This document shows, piece after piece, positions 1 through 10,950 of a DNA stretch of 64,000 bases. The stretch's first letter is position 1; the number at the start of each line of letters is the position of its first letter. Origin of the DNA: an uncultured Spirochaetota bacterium. GTDB lineage: Bacteria > Spirochaetota > Brevinematia > Brevinematales > JAOACQ01. Position numbers and translations under genes: made by a program. The stretch is taken from positions 1-64,000 of the forward strand of contig CAWAOD010000014.1 of assembly GCA_963783575.1 (NCBI GenBank). Direction: 5' to 3'. The notes beneath the pieces are model-generated. The model had not been told where the DNA came from. It saw nothing but the letters and a program-made list of their open reading frames with translations, and did not search any database.

Positions 1-79
1 TACAAGTAATGGATTATTGATATTATTTTGCCTTAGAGTCAGAACCAAGTTATACTTTATTACTGAAAGGAGTAATAAT

Positions 80-3000
80 TTGATAAGAAAAGTAATTCAA
101 AACCGCTATGAAGTGACAAAGATGATTGGCGAAGGCGGCATATCTCGTGTCTATCTTGCTTTTGATTCTGTTGATAAAAAGGAAGTCGTTCTGAGAACAT
201 TAAAGAAAGAAAATATATCCAACCGGATTGAAGATATTATACGGTTCAGGAATGAGGCCTCAATATTATCGCGTTTGGACCACCCGAACATTGTTAAAAT
301 TTATGAAACAGGGGAATACGAGGGTGAAAATTACATTGTAATGGAATATGTTCCGGGGAAAAGCCTGGGTAAACTGCTCCAAAATGGGAATAGGTTTAAG
401 GAAAACGAAATTATTGAAATTATACTGCAGATATGCCGGGCACTGGACTATATTCATCCTATGAACATTGTCCACAGGGATTTAAAGCCAGGGAATATTA
501 TGGTCAATCCAGCGGAAGCGGGTCATTACCATATCACGATCATTGATTTTGGAATGGCGCTTGTAAAAGAGTTTTCGTCAATAAAGGAACAGGAAGAGAT
601 TGCCGGCACTTTCAGCTATATGTTGCCGGAGCATTTCGGTGTTACAAGAAGAAGCATTGATGAGAGAAGCGACTTATATTCCCTGGGCATTATTTTATAC
701 CAGCTCTTTACCGGAGTTTTGCCTTTTAAGGGAACGAGTATCAGCTCTATTATCCACCAGCAGATTGCCATGCTTCCCGATCCTCCCTCTAAATACAATA
801 CGGTTATTCCTGAAATACTTGAAAGTATTATATTGAAACTCCTGGAAAAAGAACCGGATAACCGTTACCTGTCCGCTAAAGGACTAATGGACGATCTGGA
901 AAAATATCAAAAAGGCATGCAGAATTTTCCTCTGGGGTTGAATGACAAACAGATAAGGCTTTCGTTTAAAACCGGGCTGATATCCCGCGAAGCGGAACTA
1001 AAAAATCTAATGAGCTTATATGGCAAAGCGCTGGATAATAAAGGTAATGTCTGCCTGATCAGCGGTGAGGCGGGTAAAGGAAAAACAAGACTCGTAGAGG
1101 AATTAAGAAGCTTCGTTTATTCCATAGGAGGGCTTTTTATTTATGGCAAATGTTTTTCGGGAAAAAGCAAGACCCCTTACGGAGCAATAAAAGATGCCCT
1201 TAATATCTATTTAAAGATATACCAGGACTACCCTGATGAAAAAAAACTGAAAATTAAAAATGAACTCATCGAAATGACAGGAAATCTGAGCGGAATTATT
1301 CTTCAATTGAGTGCCTCGTTTTCGGTAATCTTTGAAAACAGCGAAGAATTGGTTAGGCTGGAGGCGGAAAGGGAGAAGAAACGGTTTTTGATGGTTGGAG
1401 CCCAGTTTATATTGAACCTGAGCATTGTAGAAAATGGGTTGGTACTATTGCTGGACGATCTGCAATGGGTTGACGATGGAAGTATGGATCTCTTAAGCGA
1501 GCTATCGGAAGAGATGGGCAAATACCCGCTCCTGATTGTCGGGACATACCGGAACGATGAAGTTAATTATGAACACCGGGTAAGCGTGTATCGGAAGGAA
1601 GTGCTGGAAAGCAAGCGTCTTTTTACTGAAATTTACCTGGAAACTTTTAACAAAACTATGAATGACAGTTTTGTCAGTTCGCTTTTATACGCAAAAGAAG
1701 AAAATATTGATGAAATATCCGGAATTATTTATCAGAAAAGTAAAGGTAATCCATTCTTTACGATTGAGATATTAAAGCAATTTGTAGATGAAAAAGTGAT
1801 TTATTACAAAGAGAAAGGCTGGGTAATCGATCAGGAAATTCTGGATAAGACCAAGATAGCTCCACGATATTAGATGTTGTTATGAAGAGGATTTCATTAC
1901 TCAGTGATAAAGAATCCCGCGTTTTGTCTTTCGCGGCAGTCATCGGAAGAAAGTTTGATGTGGAAGTGCTGTTTCGTCTTCTGGATTACGAAGCATCGGA
2001 GATTATCGGGATAGTGGACAGGGCTATTCATCTCCAGCTGCTGGAGGAGGATTTGCAGGAAAATGGGAAAATACTTTTTGCGCATGACAGAATAAAGGAA
2101 GCTTTTGAGAGAAAATGCGGCGAGGAAGAAAAGAAAGCCCTGCATATGCAGATAGGAATGATGCTGGAAAGTTTATATCCGAATGAAAAGGATAAAATTG
2201 TCTTTGACTTGATCTATCATTATATCGAAGGAAAGAATTATGCCAAGATCCTGGAATACGGATATCCCGCAGGCCTGAAAGCCAAGGAAAACTTTGCCTA
2301 TAATGAGGCATTAAAATATTTTCTACAAGTTAAAACCTTGGCTGAAGAAAGAATAGAAAAGGAAAGAAAATTATGGGTCAACACTAATAAAAATATCAGT
2401 GAAATTTACCTGATTATAGGAAAAAACGATGAAGCTATAGAAATCAATAACAGATTACTTTCTTTTATCAGCACTAAACTTGATATTGCTGATGTGTACA
2501 AGAAAACAAGCGAAGCCTTTTTAAAAAAAGGGGACTGGAGAAATTGCGAAGAGTACGGAAGGATCGGATTATCCATACTGGGAGAAAAACTGCCGATCAG
2601 GAATGCTTTCGTAATTCTGAGAATTTTAAAGGAATTGCTCCTGCATACTTTACACACCTTTTTCCCTGTACTTTTCTTCAGAAAAAAAAGAAACCCTGAA
2701 GAAGATAAATATAAACTGATTGTCGGCTTTTATAAGAACCTATCCTGGATGTACTACCTTACGGATGTATTGAAAGCGGTCAGCTCAGCCTTAAGAGCTT
2801 TAAATCTTTCTGAAAGCAGGGTAGGATATTCCGCTGAGCTCGGCTTTTTCATAGCAGGTTATGCTACTATTTGTATGGCCGTTCCGCTGTTTAAGCAGGC
2901 GATAAAGTTCCACAATAAGGCCCTGGAGTACAGGAAAGAGATGGACGAAGCACTTGGGGATATGCCCAATCCCTTCAATGGCTTAGCATTTGCTATCAAT

Positions 3001-5534
3001 GGAAGGGTGAGTTTGAAACAAGCAACCGTTATTTCGAAGAAAGTTCTGCTATTTTTAAAAAAATTGGCGATTTATGGGAATTAAGCGTGGTTTATCACTG
3101 CACGGTGTTTAATTATATTTACCAAGGTAACATTGACAAAGCAATGGAATTTGCCCATTTGAGTCACAATATAAGCAGACAAATAAATGATAGTTTTGGA
3201 AAATGTGGTGATATATCACTTAATATAATAATCGACTACATCAAGGGGGATTATCAATCAGCAATTAGAAACTATGATGAAGTATGGAAAATGATAGAGG
3301 AAAACAGATTCGATAACCTTAACTATGTTGTAAAAATAAATCTTGGAAATATTTACAGGGAAATGAAAGATTATGACAAGTCCCTAACCTTTCTGAATGA
3401 AGCCAGGGATATCTATGAGAAGAACCACTTCCTTGGGCAATACTCTGTATTTGTTTATTCTTCCCTCGCGGACAGCCTGATAGAAAAGTATAAAAAAGAG
3501 TTGAATCAGAATCATACCTTCAAAAAAGCCGACATGAAAAAGAATCTAAACGAGATCAGGAAAATCATCAGAAAAGCCCTCCATAAAACAAAATCCTGGC
3601 TGGTTCTTTATACGGAAGCATTGAGAGTGAGCGGCAAATATTACACTTTGACCGGAAAAATACAGAAAGCAGAAAAACTATTTTTACAAAGCATCCAACT
3701 TGCAGACCGATTGGGCCAAAAATACGAATCAGGAAAAAGCCATTATGAGTACGCGCTCTTTCTGAAAAACACAGGAAAATTCGGGGAAGCCAAAAAAAAC
3801 CTTGAATCCGCTTACATTCTTTTCAAGGAAATCGGGTCCGCAGACTATTTAAAAAGGGTTTCCGATATTCTTGGAATTAGTGAAAATGGCCGGGAGGAAG
3901 AAGCCGTCGATTCCATTCAACATTTAAAGAATAGAGAAAGATTGTCCTCGATAATAAAAGTAACTCAAACCATTAGTTCAATCCTTCATCTCGACCAGCT
4001 TCTTAATAATATCGTATCCCTGGCTATGGAGACGATCGGAGCTCAGAGAGGTTACTTGTTCATAAAAAACGAAGAAAGCGGCATTCTGGAATTGCGCGTC
4101 AAATCCGATATCCATGATTACAAGGACAAAGACATTCCGCCTTTCCGGCAGGACCAGTTCTCTATGAATATTGTCGAGAAAGTTTTCAATACGGGTGAGG
4201 TTATTCTTTCGGCCAACGCGGGGAAAGACGAAAAGTTATCGGAATTCAACAGCGTTATTCAGTACGAACTGAAATCTATCCTCTGTATTCCTATCAAGCG
4301 CCATGAAAAAATCATAGGTGTCTGCTATTTTGATAATCCCTTATCCGTTTCTATCTTTTCAAGCGAGGATGTGGAAATTCTGGAAGCGATTACGACCCAG
4401 GCTGCCATCTCCATAGAAAATGCCAGGTTGTATGAACGGACTAACGCGATTAAAAGCCGTATCGAAGATGAGGTGGAAAAACTGACTGTCCATATATCCC
4501 AAAGACAGGAAAAGCTTCTTGATGATAAAAACACCATTGTTTTTAGGAGCCAGGAAATGCAGGAAGTTGTTGATAAAGTAAACCAGGTGGTCCTAATATC
4601 AAGACCAATTCTGATAACGGGGGAAACCGGCACAGGAAAGGAACTAATCGCCAAGCTTATCCATAATACTGGAAAACATAAAAATGAGCCTTTTATTGCC
4701 GTTAACTGTGCAACTATCCCGCAAACACTCTGGGAATCCGAGCTTTTCGGACATATCAAAGGCGCATTCACGGACGCGAAAACAAACCGGGAAGGCCTTG
4801 TTTCAACAGCCGGAAAAGGGACTCTCTTTTTTGACGAGATCGGGGAAATGCCCCTCGAAATTCAATCCAAAATGCTCCGTCTTCTGCAGGAGAACCAGTA
4901 TACTCCTATTGGAGGCCGCAAGGTGCTTTCATCGGAATGCCGTTTTGTTTTTGCGGCTAACAGGGACATCTGGAAAATGATCGGTGAAGGTACTTTTAGA
5001 GAAGATCTGTATTATCGCATCAGCGTATTCAATATACATCTTCCATCGCTCAGGGAAAGAAAAAAAGACATACCTGTATTGCTGGATCATTTTATCCGGA
5101 AATACACAAAAGAATTTCAAATTGAGGTCCCGGTCAGAATGGAAAAAGGAGTAATGGAAAAGCTAAACGGTTATTATTGGCCCGGAAATATAAGGGAAAT
5201 GGAAAATCTTGTGATCAGGACCCTGGCCATTGTTTCCTCAAGAAAAGAAAAGGATAGTGATATCCTGAAGCTGACCGATCTTCCACCGGGCTTGTTTGAA
5301 AATATTAAGCCTGAAAAGGAAGTTAATGATAAATCCTACCCAATTCCTGGAAATGAAAGTCTCCAGGAAGAAGCCCTGGATGGCACCCTGGATGAGCTTC
5401 TTAACCGGTATACAAAAAAAATAATTTTAGCATCTCTTAAAAAAGCGGAAGGGAACCGGACCATGGCAGCCAAATTACTGGGAATAAAACGCACCACACT
5501 CTATTACAAGATGAAAGAATTCGATATTGAATGA
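80..5534 (+). CDS. Ser/Thr kinase + AAA ATPase (STAND-like) + TPR + GAF + sigma54-interaction + Fis-HTH transcriptional activator, about 1800 aa, split by two frameshifts (ORFs 17-1873, 1882-3084, 3087-5534)
   Basis: TTG at 80 after GAAAGGAG. Motifs GEGGIS, HRDLKPGN, DFG; GEAGKGKT and LLLDDLQWVD; FAHDRIKE; GAF (SILCIPI, AAISIENARLY); GETGTGKE, ESELFGHIKGAFTDA, FFDEIGE, WPGNIRE; GNRTMAAKLLGI. Homology continues across frame changes near 1862 and 2950. Confidence 0.9.
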
Positions 5535-5543
5535 CTGAAAATT

Positions 5544-5598
5544 TGTCAGTTTTCCGGATTTATGTCGAATTTTAATACATCTGTCAGATTCAACAACA
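5544..5598. promoter_or_regulatory. Putative enhancer (UAS) for a sigma54 activator: three TGTC-led boxes at 19-bp spacing, two being TGT-N11-ACA
   Basis: TGTCAG at 5544, TGTCGAATTTTAATACA at 5563, TGTCAGATTCAACAACA at 5582; conserved in the copy at 8164-8218. Confidence 0.6.
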
Positions 5599-5711
5599 CT
5601 CTTAACTAATCAATAGGTAGTCTAAAAAAGATACTTCGAAATATTATAATTAACAACTCTAATATCAATTAAGAATAATTATTGTCTCTGAAACTTTCTC
5701 CTGTGTCTAAT

Positions 5712-5727
5712 TGGAATGCTATTTGCA
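5712..5727 (+). promoter_or_regulatory. sigma54 (-24/-12) promoter
   Basis: TGGAATGCTATTTGCA with exact GG-N10-GC spacing, downstream of the activator gene and upstream of GH43. Confidence 0.8.
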
Positions 5728-5940
5728 TATTTGAATATAAGGACTGTTATTAACCCACATTTCCCATATGAAATTTTGTTTTCTTAAGGAAATTATGATG
5801 CAATTATATATCATCTCAAGAGTAAAGTAAATTAAAAGCCTTCAAAATGGGAGAAAAAGACTGGGGTTTTTATTGTTTTGAAAAGCTCTCAGGATACCGT
5901 GAATAATAAAAAATTTTTAAATCCAAAAAAGGAGGATTTT

Positions 5941-7911
5941 ATGAAGTACGTTTCGTCAATAATCATTGAAATGATGATTATTACATGTATTTTCGTTTTT
6001 TCAGGCTGCAGTTTGACACCTCAGGGGAAAAATGCATCCGGTTCCGCAACAGTAGGGCCTGTGAACGCACCTTTATCGCACACAGGTCCGGAGTTTAACA
6101 TCGGTACCCTATCCACTTACGGCACTCCTTTATTTACTATCCGTAATTCTTCCGATCCCCATGCCAGCATCTTCAATGGAGTGCTTTATCTTTATACTTC
6201 GAGCGATTTGAATCTATCAGGCATGTATCCTATGAGTACAACATATTGTTATGCAACCACCGATTTAATTAACTGGCAGGATTATGGCGCGATAATATCT
6301 GAAAGCCAGATTCCATGGTCGGCGAAAGATAATGGTTTATGGGCGCCTCGCTGCGTTTACGCAAACGGGCAATATTATCTTTATACACCTGATGATGCTG
6401 CAAATGTATCCGGTCCTAATAAAAAGAGAATCGGAGTGTCCACTGCTCCCAACCCCTGGGGCCCATTTACATCGCAGGCCGCTTATATTAATATACCCTT
6501 ACCACCTAATGCCCCGCAGGGTAATTTTGCCAGCGACCCCTTTGTGTTTTTTGATCCAAACAACAACAACGCACCATATCTGTTATTTTGCACCGGAGGT
6601 ATGAACGATTCACATATCTGCATCATACCATTGAACTCGGACATGTTAACGGTAGTCTCTGGCTCTACGCCTGTGGATTTAATGGCAACAGGCAACAACT
6701 TCCCGAGTGGCTGGACAGGCGAAGGCTCAAGGTTATACTATATCAACAACATGTACTACCTAGTCTATCCGTCCGACAAAAGCGCCTCTGGCAACGAAGA
6801 AATGGTTTATGCAACAGCACTTAATCCGATGGGGCCTTATACTTATAAGGGCGTATTTATGCAGCCAAACGCCAGTGAATTCACTATTCAGGGCGATATT
6901 ATTCGATATGACAATAAATGGGTGCTCCTTTATCATGATACTCCGCTGAAATCAAAGGGATTTAAGAGAATGGTATGCGGAGAATATTTTAACTTTAATT
7001 CCGACGGAAGTATCCCTAATATCAACAGGACAGTACAGGGGCTTACGATAGACTCGACCAATGTAATTCAAGCCGATACCTACTTCTCTGGAACCGGGGT
7101 AACGACCGAACCAACCAGTGATATCGGCAGCGCTCAGGATGTTACTGTTCAAGACGGAGCTTGCCTCTATTATAGCGGAATAAACTTAACAACTAACAAC
7201 ACAGGGTTTACCGCTCGCGTAGCATGCTACTACTATGTCGGCGGAACCATCACCGTATATTTGAACGATCCCTGGGGTCCCCCCTTGGCAACCATTTCTG
7301 TTTCCGGAACCGGAGGCTGGCAGTCATGGAATACCGTATCAAGCCCCATTTACACTTTGGCTAATGAATTTGTTAATGGCACAGCTCAAATTTGTCTTAA
7401 GTTTAGCGGTAGCTTCAACATAGACCGGTTTCAATTTTCAGGCGACGGCGGTGTTACAACTCCCTATACTTATAAAATTATAAACAAAAAAAGCGGCCGG
7501 TCGATTGATATGCCGGGATGGTCAACAAGCCAGGGTACGCAGGCCCAGATATATGATTATAATAGGCAGGCAAATCAAGAATGGACCATTCGAAATAACG
7601 GTCCTTATGTTACCATTCAGAACTCTAATAGCGGCTTAACATTAGGAGTAGCGGCCGCTTCAAAGAGCCAGGGCGCACAAATTGTTCAATGGGGTTCTGT
7701 CAATAATCCTACTCTTGATCAGCAATGGACGCTGGTCCCTGTTCCCGAGCCAGAATACAGAGGATATTACTATATTCAAGACGTTAACAGCGGTATGGTC
7801 ATAGGCTGTTCAGCCGGGGCAACTACCAATGGCACCAGGCTGATTCAATGGCCGTTGATTGATAAAGATGAAGATCAGATGTGGTCATTTGGGACATGGT
7901 ACCAACCGTAA
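5941..7911 (+). CDS. GH43 glycoside hydrolase lipoprotein with CBM6-like and ricin-B (CBM13-like) modules
   Basis: RBS GGAGGA before ATG 5941; lipobox FSGC; SSDP, LWAP, ASDPFVF, TGEG motifs; TGGWQSWNTV (CBM6); QxW repeats. Confidence 0.85.
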   Translation: MKYVSSIIIEMMIITCIFVFSGCSLTPQGKNASGSATVGPVNAPLSHTGPEFNIGTLSTYGTPLFTIRNSSDPHASIFNGVLYLYTSSDLNLSGMYPMSTTYCYATTDLINWQDYGAIISESQIPWSAKDNGLWAPRCVYANGQYYLYTPDDAANVSGPNKKRIGVSTAPNPWGPFTSQAAYINIPLPPNAPQGNFASDPFVFFDPNNNNAPYLLFCTGGMNDSHICIIPLNSDMLTVVSGSTPVDLMATGNNFPSGWTGEGSRLYYINNMYYLVYPSDKSASGNEEMVYATALNPMGPYTYKGVFMQPNASEFTIQGDIIRYDNKWVLLYHDTPLKSKGFKRMVCGEYFNFNSDGSIPNINRTVQGLTIDSTNVIQADTYFSGTGVTTEPTSDIGSAQDVTVQDGACLYYSGINLTTNNTGFTARVACYYYVGGTITVYLNDPWGPPLATISVSGTGGWQSWNTVSSPIYTLANEFVNGTAQICLKFSGSFNIDRFQFSGDGGVTTPYTYKIINKKSGRSIDMPGWSTSQGTQAQIYDYNRQANQEWTIRNNGPYVTIQNSNSGLTLGVAAASKSQGAQIVQWGSVNNPTLDQQWTLVPVPEPEYRGYYYIQDVNSGMVIGCSAGATTNGTRLIQWPLIDKDEDQMWSFGTWYQP

Positions 7912-7935
7912 ATAAAAAAAGACCGGAAATAAAAC

Positions 7936-7976
7936 GGGGCAGGGAAGGGTGTTATACCTTCCCTGCCCCTTTCTTC
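7936..7976 (+). terminator. Rho-independent terminator
   Basis: GGGGCAGGGAAGG / CCTTCCCTGCCCC stem then TTTCTT. Confidence 0.8.
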
Positions 7977-8137
7977 AGTATGCCTGATAAAGTCCGCCGG
8001 ATAATGCTTTTCGGCAGATCTTCCGTCACCCGCCTGATATAACACTATTTTATTGGCCAGTTCAGACTTGCCTCCGGCATCTTCGCCTGAAGCGGCGTCC
8101 TGAAATTTCCGGTATCCAGGATAATAAGGAAAAAATA

Positions 8138-8365
8138 GAATTCGATATTGAATAATTATTATTTGTCAGTTTTCCGGATTTATGTCAGATTTTACAACAA
8201 CCGTCAGATTTTATAACACACTTAACTAATCAATAGGAAGTCAAAAAAAGATACTCCTAAACTTTATAATTAATAACTCTTACATCATTTAAGGATAATA
8301 ATCTTTTCTGAAATTCTCTCCGGTGTTTAGTTGGAATGCTATTTGCTTATTTATAAGGACTATTC
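8138..8365 (+). repeat. Diverged direct duplicate of about 5517-5749 (UAS boxes plus sigma54 promoter)
   Basis: Shared GAATTCGATATTGAAT, ATTTGTCAGTTTTCCGGATTTATGTC, CTTAACTAATCAATAGG, TTGGAATGCTATTTGC, ATAAGGACT. Confidence 0.9.
8332..8347 (+). promoter_or_regulatory. sigma54 (-24/-12) promoter, second copy
   Basis: TGGAATGCTATTTGCT, GG-N10-GC. Confidence 0.8.
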
Positions 8366-8486
8366 TACATATGTTATATTTTGGATTATTATTAAGGAGG
8401 ATAAAAGCTATGAACACAGGATAAAATATTTCTTGTAAAATGTTATATGAAAAAGTAATGTATTAAAAAAAAATAGGGAGGATATA

Positions 8487-10703
8487 ATGTTGAAAAAAAG
8501 TAATATTTTTTGTATAATTTTGTTAGTTATGCTTGGTTACGGATGCTCTCTGGACGTCCAGAACAAAAGCAAGGACAATCAGTCTCCGGCTGTAAAAAAC
8601 ACTACAAGCACTCCGGTAATATCCAGATTTTTAAATGAAAGCGGTCCATCCTTTTCAGTTATAACAAATCCGTTGATCAGTCTCACATCGGGGCCGAGTC
8701 GTTATTCTTCAGATCCAGCTGTATGCGTATATAACAACATTCTGATGCTGGTTACATCTTGCGATATGCAAAACACAGCGGGCACTTACCCGATGAATAC
8801 GACATATCTTTATTCCACAACCGCAGATTCTCTCACGGGAACATGGTACTGATCATGGAGGCGTTGTGCATGAATCAGACTTCCAATGGGCATTACAAAA
8901 AACTAATCATTTATGGGCGCCTGATATCCAATACAGAAAGGCCGATTATACTTACTCTGATGACAGAATTTATCTGTATGTTCCGGATGTTGATAACAGC
9001 AAAAATCATGTCCAGAGAATCGGGGTTGCATGGTCACCTGCAAGTTCAGATTCTTTACAATTAACATTCGAACCAAATTACTTCACTATTAATGGCTATG
9101 ATAGTACCGCATATGATCCTGGTATATTTTATGATGATCCTAATCTTGCGGGCAATAATGCGAGCGGCAACTACTATATGGCGTTTTGCAATACGGGTTA
9201 TATTAATCCAGTGAAGTCAAGTACTATAGGTTTGGTTCAGGTGAATAGTGATATGAAAGGGGGGACTTATCTGGGTTTGATTACCATGCAACGGGACCCT
9301 GGTTCGGATAGGACAATATAATCCAAATTTCAGCACGATTTATATGGAAGGCCCTGATATAAATATAATGCAAACTCCCAATGGCACACCGTATTATTAC
9401 CTGGTATTCGCGGCAAAAGTTGAGACCGGAAATAATGATACCGAATACATCGGTTACGCCATTGCTACGCCGGACCAGTTTAAAGCCAATCCGGCTGGCT
9501 GCTGGACTTTTGAAGGATGGATTTTTAAGAATATGCTGGACGGCTGGACAGATCACTCCGATTTAGTCAATTATAATGGCAAATACTATATATTTTACCA
9601 TGAGGTATTTAAACCCGCCGGTGGAAGCTGCGGTTCGAGGCAGGTCTGCGTCAAAGAAATCGAGATTAAGAATGACGGCAGAATTGTCGGAGTATATCCT
9701 AATAATCTTGATTCGATCGACGGCCATACTAGAAGTTTTAACAAGGGCTTTGTCTGGATGCGGGACGATTCAATTACAGATAGTAAGAAATCAAGCATAT
9801 TCTTATCATACTTTGCAAATAAAACCGGCTCCTCTCTGGGCACCAGTTTCAACTTTCAGTATTATGTAAACATAGAAGCTGGCAAAAACCTGGTTGTTGA
9901 TAATAACAACCAGAACTTCAGTTATTATCTGAAGCATTTAGGTAATAATCTTTGGGCCGTAATGTTTAATTATACGGGTACAACACCCTTTGATAACGGA
10001 ATGACATTGCCGGATATTAAATTCAATCTGCGCTATGACGATGGATCGACTTTCAACAAATCGGACGATTTCTCGCAGCCGATCAGCAACTATAATACAT
10101 ATACGACGAGAATTCCTCTTTTTAACGGCAATAATCAGCTTGTAAGCGGCGAAATGCCGGATATTCCGCAAAACTCATACAGTTATTTGAGAACCGACTA
10201 CACTGATAATAATCAGAAGTCTTACTCATATTTGACTTGTATGTCCCAAGACGCCAATTCCCGGAATCAATGACCGGATTCTGAATACCGGCTGGACAAG
10301 CCAGGAATGGTATATCGAAAAAGTAACCGACTTTAGCGGATTGCCGCCGATGTCAGACAATGATAAAACAAGAGCTGTAAGGTTGAGGAATGTGTGGCAA
10401 GGCCGCTACATGACATGTAATGATCATGATTACGGCGGATATTACTGGCTATTAAGCCAGGACCTGCATTATAATGGGTCAGGCCAACCGAATTGGGAAA
10501 CTCAGGTGTGGATAAAAGAAGATGCCGGAAACGGACACTATAGACTGAGAAGCGATTGGGTGACAAGCGGTAATCATTCTCCTTTATACGTGTCACAAAA
10601 TAACACTTTCAATAATCCCGGATATTCCGTCTTTGTGCAGCCTTTGCATGTGGATGGTAGTGGTAATCCTGATTGGAACACACAGTCATGGGTCATCGAA
10701 TAA
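8487..10703 (+). CDS. GH43 lipoprotein with CBM3-like domain and C-terminal beta-trefoil (ricin-like) domain, split by three frameshifts
   Basis: Lipobox LGYGC; SSDP, HLWAPD, AYDPGIF, YMEGP, GWTDH; CBM3-like end FNKSDDFSQ...LVSGEMP; WxxQxW repeats. Indels near 8847, 9288 and 10260. Confidence 0.8.
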
Positions 10704-10720
10704 GCCAAGTTTTTTAATGT

Positions 10721-10756
10721 GTCCGGGAAGACTGATAATCTTCCCGGACTCCTTTA
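10721..10756 (+). terminator. Rho-independent terminator
   Basis: GTCCGGGAAGA / TCTTCCCGGAC stem after the GH43 stop. Confidence 0.7.
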
Positions 10757-10771
10757 ATAATTGACCGAGGG

Positions 10772-10942
10772 AAAACTATACGCTGTGATTTGTGAAAATG
10801 ACAGAGTCTTGTAGTTTTTGAATTGGTTAAGTGAAGTCCAATGGATTTTTATTGTCATCAAATTTACCTTCTAGAAAGATTAGAGTTTTTGTAATTTTTA
10901 TGACTTTGCAATATTCTATCCTGGGTTGGAATTATAAGATTC
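10772..10942 (+). repeat. Dispersed non-coding repeat of about 170 bp, copy 1 (copy 2 at 34601-34776)
   Basis: Collinear shared blocks TGAAGTCCA, ATGGATTTTT, CCTTCTAGAAA, AATTTTTATGACT, GGTTGGAATTATA. Confidence 0.8.
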
Positions 10943-10950
10943 CCAATCAG

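Noticed and set aside
8840..10280. Alternative genetic code or stop-codon readthrough explaining split ORFs
   Set aside because: Homology continues in a different frame at each break, so these are indels rather than reassigned stops
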